64,000 bases of DNA, from the NCBI GenBank assembly GCA_002104905.1, contig MCFE01000123.1, forward strand, positions 1 through 64,000, in the 5' to 3' direction. Shown here one piece after another: positions 1 through 12,400 of this stretch. Numbering within the stretch: position 1 is the stretch's first letter; every line of letters starts with the position of its first letter. The position numbers were made by a program, and so were the translations under genes. The notes under the pieces were generated by a model that was not told the DNA's origin, ran no database searches, and worked only from the letters and a program-made list of their open reading frames with translations. This stretch comes from Basidiobolus meristosporus CBS 931.73 (Eukaryota; Fungi; Basidiobolomycota).

Positions 1-288
1 TTCGTACAGGTCAGTGAGGCTACTGCCTCCTTCTTGCAGGCCAATCAAGTTGGCACCGGTAATGAAGTCGGAGACACCAACAGTGTAGGGGGTCTTGTTC
101 AGGTATTCGGTAATCTGTTCAGGCACCGATTGTACAGTAACTTCGGATGGTGAGCAGGCATTAAGTCCGATCTGGCTTTGTTGAGCTGGTGTGAGGACGT
201 TGCAGCTGTCAACAGGCGCAGCGGTAGCAGCACCCATGAAGGAAGTAGCGGCAGCCAGAGCAGCAAAGAGAGACTTGGTGAGTTGCAT
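1..288 (-). CDS. Small secreted Cys/Tyr-rich protein, tandem paralog A (5' part only; runs off the window's left edge)
   Basis: ATG at 288 (minus strand) opens MQLTKSLFAALAAATSFMGAATAAPVDSCNVLTP...; positions 1-288 align with 2539-2826 at a constant offset of 2538 bp. No stop before the edge, so the ORF track omits it. Confidence 0.85.
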   Translation of the reverse strand, partial: MQLTKSLFAALAAATSFMGAATAAPVDSCNVLTPAQQSQIGLNACSPSEVTVQSVPEQITEYLNKTPYTVGVSDFITGANLIGLQEGGSSLTDLYE

Positions 289-2241
289 TGTATTGACTTG
301 AAGTGGGTTGTGATGATTGTTACTTACAAATGTGTGTATTTATATCTTCGTGTGTATAAGTGGTTTTTGCTGGGACATGCAAATCTGGTAAGAATCCCGT
401 TCAAGTAGTTCGATTATTTGGCTTGTAACCATACTTGGTCATCAGCCGGAGGCAGAAAGGTGATCGTAGATAGTGGTCCCACGCAGCTAAGATTTAGTAC
501 TCACTTAATTACGTTAAATCCTTGGCCGTTCTGAATTTTACCAACCAAATTTGTGCACGGATGTTTCGGATCCGGTACCGACCTAGATGATGTGAGCGTA
601 CGTCTCATTGGCTAGGTGAGTCGGAAAATACCTACCAAATCACTTCCTTGATTAACCAATTCTGTGGGCAGTAGTGCTATTTCCAAAATTCCTATTTGAA
701 CCGTCTGTTGAGTTATCGTATGGTTCCCAGTCTATGAAACATCCCCACTATAATTGATTGATGTCCCCTCATCTATGTTATATGGTCACCGTAATTATTG
801 AGTTTCATTCGCTGTGAGCAACCTACCCACATTAGCTATCGTCATAAATTACAGAATATTTGAGATCATTGGAGATAAATCCCGGTCCTGCCTCCTAGTG
901 AACTTAAGCAAAAACAAACGGCATGCCGAGATCTTCACCAAACGTGAAAACCTGGAAACCGAAAGAGGAATAGAAAATGGAAAGCTGAAGAAGGAATATC
1001 AGCATTATTTTCCGGACACACAAACCCGAGAAATAAAGACCACATTAGCTGCAAGCAAATAAACGGAGAATCGCCTTACATCAAAGTTCACGTTGTTTTT
1101 TTACAGGTGTTCTGGAAAATACTGAATACCTTGCACTACCTGCTATACAATCAGTCCAGCTGGTTTCTGTTAGCTAAAGGAACCAAGATGCTTGATGGTT
1201 GGAGCACATAGGAATGTGTGTCAGGTATTTTGCTAGTATCATTTGGCAAACTTGATATTAAGACTGATACGCAAATTTGTAACTATACTGAGCCGAAATA
1301 TTAGTGAAGCACAAGATACGGGTCTTGAACTCGGCGATTTTACGGAGGATAATGAGCACTTGACGTTTACACGTGGCTAGAAACGGCCTGATTAGCCATC
1401 AATGTTCTTTCACCATTAGGAGCTTAATTGCGATAGTATTCTGCTTTATTCCGAGTATCAAGTCCTTTCCAGGTATTACTCCAAGTACCGTAGGCATTTC
1501 CATTCTGATCCTGATTGAAGTGATGATCGAAATGTCTTCTGCCAAGCTAATGGCCCATTTTTGTCCAATGTAGAACTGCTGTCAGAGTCGAGAATATTCC
1601 TAAACAGGATAATCAACCTGGGTCAATTACTTACTCGTGAGGCATACTCCGATACTTCAGCTAGCTCGGGATGTTATTCAATTACCGGGTCAACAAAAGA
1701 GCAAGCTCCAAGATTTTTCCGGCTCCTGATACTATTCATTTCTACTGCGTATCCAATCAAGTGGGGCAAAATCTTCATCTTACCAATGCTGTATTGAATG
1801 GTACTATGATCACAGGCTGATCCGAAGACTCATATCTACGGCCTCAGTTCAGTGACAATGTTTATATCACTCGCCCAACACTTTAATTAGTGCTGGTTAC
1901 ATCATCGATATGACTGAGCAAATTCCAATGATTTTGAGTGCCGAATATGGGAATTGACCTCCAAATGAATATTATCGTGACCACAATTGGAAATAAAGAC
2001 TGATCGCCATTTTCAATTAGCATTTTCTGGAGCGAAAACTCCATAATTCTGTGATAGATACTTGGACATATCCATCCTTTGAGCAACGTAAACTCGGATA
2101 TGAATAAAAATGAGCTCCTACTCGTATGCCGCTTGACCCAAGGTTATTGCAGTCTAGGGATCTACTAGGCCTTCTATTAAATAGTATTTTATTTCTACTG
2201 TGACATTTACAATAAGTGCGCGAAACACACTCGAGCACTAT

Positions 2242-2826
2242 CTAATACACCCATGAGATGGCATTCTTGGGTGCCTCGTCAGATACAGCATCATTGATAC
2301 TGTCATGGAACTTCTTCAGCATCGTGCTCTTGATTCCGGTCTTGCGGACATCGTCAGATACTGGAACAATGGTGTTGCCATTGTTCTTGATGCACACCTC
2401 CTCGCCATAGCAGTTCCAGTTGCTGTAGTAGCAGTAGAGTCCGGCCTCGTCCGACTGTCCATAGGTGATGTAGACCTGCATATCGGTGGCTGTCTCGAAG
2501 TTGTAGCACTGGTTGTAGTTGTAGTAGCTGTACGAGGCTTCGTACAGGTCAGTGAGGCTACTGCCTCCTTCTTGCAGGCCAATCAAGTTAGCACCAGTAA
2601 TGAAGTCGGAGACACCAACAGTGTAGGGGGTCTTGTTCAGGTATTCGGTAATCTGTTCAGGCACCGATTGTACAGTAACTTCGGATGGTGAGCAGGCATT
2701 AAGTCCGATCTGGCTTTGTTGAGCTGGTGTGAGGACGTTGCAGCTGTCAACAGGCGCAGCGGTAGCAGCACCCATGAAGGAAGTAGCAGCAGCTAGAGCA
2801 GCAAAGAAGGACTTTGAGAGTTGCAT
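2242..2826 (-). CDS. Small secreted protein (194 aa, signal peptide, 6 Cys, Tyr/Asn-rich), tandem paralog B
   Basis: ORF 2242..2871. The likely start is the second Met (2826), which matches paralog A and gives a hydrophobic signal peptide MQLSKSFFAALAAATSFMGAATA|APVD. Intronless; Cys at aa 29, 45, 107, 132, 139, 145. Confidence 0.85.
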   Translation of the reverse strand: MQLSKSFFAALAAATSFMGAATAAPVDSCNVLTPAQQSQIGLNACSPSEVTVQSVPEQITEYLNKTPYTVGVSDFITGANLIGLQEGGSSLTDLYEASYSYYNYNQCYNFETATDMQVYITYGQSDEAGLYCYYSNWNCYGEEVCIKNNGNTIVPVSDDVRKTGIKSTMLKKFHDSINDAVSDEAPKNAISWVY

Positions 2827-4265
2827 TGTATTGACTTGAAGTAGGTTTTGATGACGGCTACTTACAAACACTTGTATTTATACCTTCGTGTAGGGTTAAG
2901 TTTGCATACAGCGTAGTGCTTACCAGGGCATACAAATCTGAAAGCAACTCTAGTAACTTCTATCTACAGATCAATGGCTATACTTGGAAATCAGTCGGAG
3001 GTTGAGCAGTGATCGCACTACTTTGAAGTATTGATAACAATCACGTAATATTACGTAATCTACTTGGTTGAATCTAACTTATGAGCCATTCCTGTTATAG
3101 AAATTTGCTCCGATTTCAATGGCGTGTTCTGAATTTAGTGTATCCTGGTGGTGTTTGTCACAAGCTATATTGCCAATGATGCTTTAGTCCTGCTTATACC
3201 AGTCCTGAATATTCCGCCGTTGAGGCCAAGGTATGGATAACTCGAGCTGAGGCTAGCGTACTAGCTGTCTTGGTTAAGCATCTTTTGAAGCGCAGAAAAT
3301 ACCACGCATCTGTCCTACAAATATGGGGTGTGAATTAACGAATGACAGCAGCTCTGTAAGCTAAGCATTGAAGTGAGATATCTGACAAGCCATCAAATTA
3401 TCGCATATTCTGGGACCCAGGCACTGCTGAATTTCTAATTCTAGTGCTTTTGACGCCTTAGATTATTTCGGAAATTTACAAACCAACCTAGCGCATGGAT
3501 ATCTCAGATCCGGCACAGGCCTAGATTTCATGTACTGGTCAATTAAGTTCGTCGGAAAATACTTGCTATATTTTAGACCTGATTATCCAGATTTGTGGAG
3601 AGTATTTTGATTTCCCAGCAGCCAATTTGGAGGACGAGAGATGAGTTATCCTAAGGTACAGAACACCCTTACGATACTTGATTGGTGCCCCCTATGAATT
3701 CACTACACATAATATTCGGACAACTACGTGGTCATCCTTGGTCTATAGGACTGATACACGAGAGTAGAAAACCTCGAAATTGTATGATCCAATGTTTTAT
3801 CCTATAGATCCAATAGTCACGGAATGATCGCATACTGCGATTCAACCAAATTCAAGGCGCTTATTATATATCATGGCTACCAATAATAGCAGTTCGCGAG
3901 TTGCTCTGCGAATATCAAGACCCATAACAACCTGAGCAGTTATTCGAATTTCTATCAAGTAGTACCCCTCTAAACATCTCTGCACTATCTTGAATGGTTG
4001 GATGCTCGTTTATAACGGCCTGAGTGTTCTGTGTCATGGAAGGAAGAATCTAAACGCCACGCTCAATTAGCACTTACTCGAAATTAGCCACAACTAGCAA
4101 TGACAATCCAATCAAGTAGATATCTACCACCATTATATATATTGTTGAGTAGTCCAGTTGCTCTATTTAGTGAGTTTTTCAGCTAAAAGCACTGCCTTGT
4201 ATTCTGCAACTGAACCATTGTCTTGTATTGAGTCTTGTTTATCTCACTATATCCAACCAATTTGG

Positions 4266-4598
4266 TGCTATGAGAGTTTTGGGGATATTGGAAGTGATTG
4301 GGAAAACAAGTAGATCATGTGGTTTTCACTTGATGATTTATTGAATGTAGATATAGTATTTATTCTTTCTCATGAACTTAGCAAAATAGACACGTATAGT
4401 ATGTTTAGGAAGGTCCCAAGAGCATTTGTGCAAAGTGTGGGGCTGTTTGGACAGCGTTCTGGGTACTTGATGTTTTGGTGAAAATATTCCAAGTAAATCC
4501 CAACAAGGAATTTGGCCAGAATTCACTAAGATTTGTAGACAATGATCTACGTGAGTAAGTTAGGTGAATATTTAGGTGGAATTACGAAATTTGCAACA
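4266..4598 (-). mobile_element. Ty1/copia solo LTR (family 1)
   Basis: Reverse-complement match to the LTRs at 39475-39823 and 46401-46747 (TGTTGCAAA... terminus at 4598). Flanks tttgg (4261-4265) and tttag (4599-4603) form a 5-bp TSD with one mismatch. Confidence 0.85.
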
Positions 4599-6491
4599 TT
4601 TAGTTGATAGCAGTTTGGCATTCCATTGGTGCCATCTGTTATTGCAGACCTTCAGAGCTTTGTTTGAGGGTAACCCAGGGCCTTGTATACAGTCTGCTTT
4701 ACTGACCTTAGCTAAATAGACAAAAACTAAGGTTTTACCCTCATCCATATACTGAAAGAATTTCTTATTCAGTTAGAGATTGCACTGTATAATATTAAAT
4801 AATCTTGTGAATGGAACTGTGCTGAGTACCCAGGGAGAAAATATTTCTCAGGTTTATTGAGCTTAAGCCTAGTAGCTGGCTAACGGAAAATGATTAGTTT
4901 AGAATTCTTGTATATTCACCATAGTAGAGAAAATGGAAGGCAGATGAAGATCATTATTTTATGCATAAAGTGCACTGATCGAGACTTCAGTATTATGATC
5001 ATTTGGAGCATGCTGTGAATTGAATTGCAACCAAATCTGATTGCTAGTGGCGTTTTCTCTACGAAACCGTTTTGATTAATGATATCCCCACCTCACAAGC
5101 AAGACGCTGGCTAGGGTAGGGCCGATCCTCATATATGCAATGCTCCTGGTACCTTCCCACGCATCAATAACTCAGAGCCCTTCATCCAACCCCACTACTC
5201 AGCAGATTGAGGATAATCTTAGAGCATTTGCTCCCAAACTACAGTGTTCAGATAAAGAGACCAGTTCGAGATAGAACTGAAGTACTTTTTTCACTACATG
5301 CGCATGTTCATCCAAGTCCAAACTATAGCTTCGAAGGAGTAATGACAAAGCCGCGGAGCACAATCACGACCTTCCCACTGCCATGGGTTTATCATATATA
5401 GTAATAATTTGCGGCCTGACATCATTGATGCATGTAAAAGCATCTGATATATTGGAGAGAGGTTAACAGGCTATACATATCACCGTCAATGTGTTGTACA
5501 GATCCCCATGCATTGGACCATGATGCTAATAGCGAATCGTTCCCAAAGCTTACTCACACGTTTGCAGTAGGCCCCTAACTCCCAATGGGAGGAGTTGGTT
5601 CCTGAATACTCCGGACCTTCCCAACTTTAACACCATCCTTGTACGCTCTTGGGTATACATTCAAGCTTGAACTTGCTCCATAGCGACATCATGGGATGGT
5701 GGCGGACAAGTAAAGAGGGAATAATTGTTTGCGGTAAGGAGCTTAGCTGCCTACCATGCCTTCCAGAGAAAAGCCTGATTGACAGCAACCATGCCTTGAG
5801 ATCCGGCTCGGTATGCAGGAATGTTCTTGGATGTGCAATCCCTCATCGAACATTCACAGTTTTGTGGCCTCTCTACTCGGTAGATATAGCAATCAAAGTT
5901 AGGATACTTCTTGTTGCCAACAACATAAAGCTAGGATGTTTCTTTCTTTGAAGTCATTGAGTCTGTTCAACCGTGACCAGTAAAAGTGGAGGCTCAACCA
6001 TACAAGATAGACCCATGTAAATAAGCATATATGGATGGTGGCATGTATATGCTCGTGAATTCTTTGCTAATTAGTTTCTCTGAGCCGTGCATCTGGAGGC
6101 CAGTGATATTGGGGCTTCCCTCCTAAGTAGTCACGATCAACCTCTGGTGCCTGATTGTCTACTCGCTATTCAATCCCATCCTACTATGATCTACTCATCA
6201 TCCCTACCTAGCCTGTTGTATTTGGGATGATGCCGCCGCTAAAGTATACTGATGCCACTATTCAGTAACAACCACTTGGATATACTAGACAGAATACACT
6301 ATAGGCATTATTAGGATACTGCCGAACCCCTTTTCAAGCCCCTTCTAGATTCTCTAGAGTATGCATCATGCTTGATAATCATTTTCTATATAACTTGGCA
6401 TATTCCATCAACAGTACTGGACTTTTAGCTTTCTAGCGCCAGATACTGATTCTGTGCGTACTTAATTTACTTCTTCACACTGATTGTTACC

Positions 6492-9400
6492 ATGCCGGAT
6501 GATATACAGGGCGAAAACACTCAAAGAGGGTATTGGTACGAAACACTGAAAGATGCTCCTGTGCTGCTTGACCTACCCACTGATCGGCCTCGCCCGCCTC
6601 ATCCATCCTTTGCTGGGGCAACGTCGACGGTTCAGTTTGATACACAAACAACGCATTCACTCAAGTTGCTGAGTCAAGAGAACGACACGACCCAATTCAT
6701 AATATTATTGATTGCTTGGAGTGCGGTGCTCTCGCGTCTCTCTGGCCAAGAGGACCTTGTCATCGGAATCCCAAGAGCCCAGCAGGGTTGCTGGCTACCA
6801 TTGCGCATCGATCTCTCTAGTGATCCAAGCACAATTAAATTGGCCAAGCTAGTTCAGGCATGTGTGCAGGAAGCACAGATGAATTCAGCCGTCCCCAATG
6901 AGCAAATCTTAGAGATTGTAAGCCCGCCTGAGAAATTGAATCATGCTCCGTTGTTCCAGGTCACACTTGCAGCTAGTGCAGAGCACACTCCAGATATGGT
7001 GAGTTCCGCATTCGATCTGGAACTTAATCTGCATAATGTCGACAACGAAATCCACGGATACTTGAGGTTTGCCACCAGTTTGTTCGACTCCCCAACAATT
7101 GAGCGCTACATCGGTTACCTTAAGATGATGCTACAAGGGATGATGGCCGACCCTACGAGATCTGTTCACAAAGTCAACATAATAACTCCTGCTGAGCGGA
7201 CTCTCTTGACAGAGACATGGAATCAGACACACATGACATATGCGAAGCATACATGCATTCACCAGCTGTTCGAGCAGCAGGTGATGCGCACCCCGAATGC
7301 CACTGCTTTGGTGTACGAAGGGCAGGTATGGAGCTACGAGGAGGTGAACGAGCGTGCCAACCGACTCGCACATCAGCTCGTCAGTCTGGGCGTCAAGCCA
7401 GATATGCGCATAGCGATCTGTGTGGAGCGCTCGCCAGCCATGGTGGTGGGACTGCTCGCTATCCTGAAGGCGGGAGGTGCATTTGTTCCACTCGACCCGG
7501 CGTATCCCAGCAATCGACTCGTGTATATACTGAACGATGCCGCTCCGGTGGTATTGATAGCGGATGGAGTCGGACGCAGCGTACTGAGTAGTGAATCTCT
7601 CGCTTCTCTGACTATTCTCGATCCAAACATGGAAACAACATGGCCCTGCACTAATCCAACTATCGTAGGGCTGGCTTCACACCACCTTGCCTATGTGATT
7701 TACACTTCAGGCTCCACTGGCAATCCAAAAGGAGTGATGGTGGAACACCGAGGCGTCACAAATCTAATTCAGGCAGAGAGATCTTGCTTCGGGGCTGATT
7801 CGTCAAGTCGAGTGTTACAGTTTGCCTCGCTTAGTTTCGATACGAGTGTTTCAGAGATATTCATGGCATTGAGCTGCGGTGGAAGTCTGTATCTACCGCC
7901 TGATATCGCCCGCTTTGATCGCAACGCCCTGTGGAGTTATTTGGCACACCACGCGATTTCCCACGTAACCTTAACGCCAACGATGCTTCAAGATGGCCAG
8001 AATCTGCCCATCCTGAACACCCCACTAACATTGATCATGGGAGGCGAGGCATTAAGTGGAGCGTTGCTTCAAACCCTGATCCCCCAAGGGGTGGTGATCA
8101 ATGCCTACGGCCCAACTGAAGCATCGATCAGCGCCATTATATGGCGTTGTCCACCAGACTTCAAGGGAGAAGTGGTTCCCATTGGCAGGCCAATTGCAAA
8201 CACTCGCGTCTACTTGCTGGACAAATACGGCCAGCCAGTACCCTTGGGAGCAGTGGGCGAGATCTATATTGGAGGGGCAGGCGTCACTCGTGGCTACCTG
8301 AACCGTCCAGATATGACCGCTGAGCGCTTCCTCCCAGATCCATTCAGTAATGATGACGATGGCAGAATGTACAAAACTGGGGATCTAGCTCGCTATCTTC
8401 AAGATGGCACAATTGTATATCTAGGTCGCAACGATCAGCAGGTAAAGATGCATGGAATTCGGATTGAAGTTGGAGAGATTGAAGCACGCCTTGTCGAGCA
8501 TCCGCAAGTACGTGAAGCCGTTGTGCTTGTACTGGGCGAGGGCAGCAGCAAGCGCCTTGTCGCATATGTCATGGCTGATCCTGACGAGTATCTTGGCCGC
8601 ACACTGCGTGTGTATCTCAAATCCAAGATGCCGGAGTACATGATCCCAACCAACTTTGTGCGGCTAGATGCGCTACCATTGTCGCCTAACGACAAGCTTG
8701 ATCGCCGAGCATTACCGACCCCAGATGAAGACTCTTTTGCTCGTCAGGTATATGAAGCGCCGCGAGGTGAGATAGAGATGGCTTTAGCAGCAATCTGGAG
8801 TGAACTGCTTCATGTGGAGCACATCAGTCGCCATGACAATTTTTTTGCTCTTGGTGGCCACTCGCTAGCAGTTATAGCTTTGATCGAGCGCCTAAGGTGT
8901 ATCGGTCTAACAGTTAGCCTGCGCACCCTATTTAATAATCACACTCTGGGCTCACTTGCGAAGGGCCTCGGTCAACACCACCAATTACACATACCGCCCA
9001 ACTCTATTACTCCTGGCTCAACCACATTGACTCCAGCACAATTACCGCTCATTGATCTCAGCCAAGCCGACATCGACATCATTGCTCGGCAGGTTCCCAA
9101 CGGAGCACAGAACATCCAAGACATCTACGCACTATCTCCGTTGCAGGAAGGAATCCTGTTTCATCACATCCTGGCAATGGAGGGCGATCCCTATCTTCTG
9201 ATCTCTCAGATGGTATTTGATGACCGGGAGTTGCTTGATCGCTACTTGAATGCAGTCCAAAACGTAATCAACCGCCACGATATTTTCCGCACATCCATCT
9301 TCTGGGGAAATGTCTCTGAGCCTGCGCAGGTGGTCTGGCGTCATGCACCGCTAAATATCCATGAGCTTACCCTCAGTGCCGCCAATGGGCCCATTGCAGG

Positions 9401-12400
9401 ACAACTGATGGAGCGCTTCAATCCTCGTAAACATCGCATCGACTTGTCGAAGGCTCCATTGATACACATGGCCATCGCACAGGACAATGATGGCTGTTGG
9501 GTGCTCACACAGTTGATTCACCATCTCATCGGTGATCACGCAACACAAGAGAGGATGAATATGGAGATCAAGGCGTTCGTGGACAATGTGGCCATCGATG
9601 CCCTGCCTACTCCTCAGCCATTTCGCAACTTGGTAGCACAGGCACGCTTAGGAATCACGCAAGAAGAACATAAGAGATACTTCACCGATATGCTCAAGGA
9701 CATAAGTGAAGGTACGCTGCCGTTTGGGCTATCCGATGTTTATTGTGACGGGACGCAAATCACAGAATGTCATATAATGCTCCCACAAGAACTGGATGTT
9801 CGCCTGCGTTCCCAGGCGAAAATCTTGGGTGTGAGCTTATCTAGCATGTTCCACCTGGCCTGGGGTCGGGTTCTCTCTAGTATTAGTGGGCAAATTCATG
9901 TTGTGTTTGGTACCCTGCTCTCTGGGCGAGTGCAGGCTGGAGAAGGGTCAGAGCACATGATGGGGCTTCTGATCAATACATTACCCTTCCGCATTGACCT
10001 TGATAACGATAGCATTCGCGATAGTGTACGCCGGACTCATGAGGATCTGGCCGCGCTTATGGAGCACGAATATGCCTCATTGGCACTCGCACAGCGCTGT
10101 AGTAGCTTACCTGCAGGCGGGCCCCTTTTCAGCTCCAATCTCAATTATCGGCGCGACACGCTACCATCGGGTGATTACGCAGAAGCACCAATGGCTGAAT
10201 TCGTGGGGGAGAGTGAGCGCTTCAACCATCCTGGCATTAGGTTTGTAGGTGCCTGTGAGCGGACAAACTACCCACTCTCGCTGGCCGTAGAAGATTTTGA
10301 TGTAGCTATGGGCCTGACTGCACAGGTTGTTCAACCACTTGACCCAGCTCGGATCTGCAGTTATATGTTACAAGCGCTACAAGGCCTTGCTGTGGCACTG
10401 GATTCCACACCAAGTATGCCGGTTTGGCAAGTGGAGGTTGTACCAAAGGCGGAGCGTGTGCTTTTGCTTGAAGAATGGAACGATACGGGTGTTCCCTTCA
10501 AAGAGCATTTGTGCATTCACCAGCTCTTTGAACAACAAGTCAAGCGTAATCCGAATGCAACCGCGGTGGTGTACGGGGATGAAACATTAAGCTACAGTGT
10601 GTTAAATACGCGGGCCAATGGTCTCGCGCACCGGCTCATTGAGCTGGGCGTCAAGCCAGACACTCGCGTCGCCATCTGCGTTAAACGTTCACCCGCAATG
10701 TTGGTTGGGATATTATCTATCTTGAAAGCAGGTGGTGCCTATGTTCCACTTGATCCTGCCTATCCTTGTGAACGCCTTGCGCACATACTCAATGATGCTA
10801 CCCCAATAATTCTGCTAGCTGATGATGCTGGGCGCACTGCACTTGGTGACATCGATCTTACACCGCTAACGGTACTCGACCCAAATGCGCAGATGCCACC
10901 ATCCGCAGCTAACCCAGATATCTCAGACTTGGCCTCACATCATCTTGTCTATGTAATCTATACATCCGGTTCCACTGGAACTCCCAAAGGAGTGATGGTT
11001 GAGCATCGGAATGTGGTGAACCTCATCCAGCACCAGACAGCCTGTTATGGGATAGATTCAACAAGTAGGACACTGCAGTTTGCCTCGTTAAGCTTTGACC
11101 CCAGTGTCTCGGAAATATTCAAGACGTTGAGTTGCGGTGCTTGCCTGTATCTTCCTCCAGATGCAGTCCGTTTAGACCGGAAACTTTTATGGGGCTATTT
11201 GGAAGAAAATGCCATAACGCATGTGACTTTGGCCCCGCCTCTGCTGCAGGATGGCAAAGATTTACCCGCATTGAGTACGACTCTGACACTAATCATGGGA
11301 GGCGAAACACCCACCACGACATTGCTTCAATCCTTGATCCCGAACGTTGTTGTTTTCCTTGAGTACGGGCCAACTGAAGCCACTATCAATGCTACTACAT
11401 GGCGTTGTCCACCGGATTTCAACGGAGAGGTGGTTCCCATTGGCCGACCAGTTCCAAACGCTCGCGTCTATGTGTTGGATATTCACCGTCAGCCAGTACC
11501 CTTGGGCGCGGTAGGTGAGATCTATATTGGAGGGACTGGTGTCACTCGCGGCTACCTGAACCTTCCCGGAATGACGGCGGAGCGCTTCATTCCAGATCCA
11601 TTCCATGAGAAAGAGGGCGCTAGAATGTACAAGACGGGGGATCTGGCCCGTTACCTCCCGGACGGTGCACTGGTGTTCCTTGGACGCAATGATCATCAGG
11701 TCAAGATCCGAGGAATTCGGATTGAAGTAGGTGAGATCGAGGCACGCCTTATCGAACACCCTCGGGTGCGAGAGGCGGTTGTGATTACTGTTGGCGAGGG
11801 AAGCGACAAGCGGATTGTAGCCTATGTTGTGGCCGAGCCGGACGAACATCTTGCTCACAAGCTTCGTGTTTACCTCAAGTCCAAGCTCCCTGAATACATG
11901 GTACCAGCCCACTATGTGTGCCTGGATGCGCTGCCGATGTTGCCTAGTGGCAAACTTGATCGTCGGGCCCTGCCAGCAATAGCCGACGAAGCCGTTGCTC
12001 GTGAGGTTTACGAAGCGCCACAAGGTGGGACAGAGATTGCTTTGGCGGGTATTTGGAGCATGCTACTTCAAATTGAGCATATCGGTCGGAGGGACAATTT
12101 CTTTGCATTGGGTGGCCACTCGCTACTGGCAGTACGTTTGATGAACCGAATGGTGGATCTAGGGGCCTCATTGCCATTGACAACGATCTTTTCTTCACCT
12201 AATCTCGCTTCCCTGGCAGCTACAGTTGACCAGCACTTGAATCAAAAAGACACTGGGGCCCGTGCCATTACGCCAGTCTCCCGTATGGGGGCCCTGGAAC
12301 CGTCTTTCGCTCAAGAGAGTCTGTGGTTTGTATCGCAACTTAACGATCGGGCCAGCATGACCTACAATATACCACTCGCTATAAAATTCCGCGGCACCCT

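Noticed and set aside
814-2238. Short ORFs between the tandem secreted genes
   Set aside because: No motifs, no consistent exon structure and no coding bias evident.
2305-2691. 128-aa plus-strand ORF, and similarly 178..408
   Set aside because: Antisense to the secreted-protein genes.
6060-6490. Possible lost upstream NRPS T/C domain before the half-C start
   Set aside because: Translations show no convincing T- or C-domain motifs.
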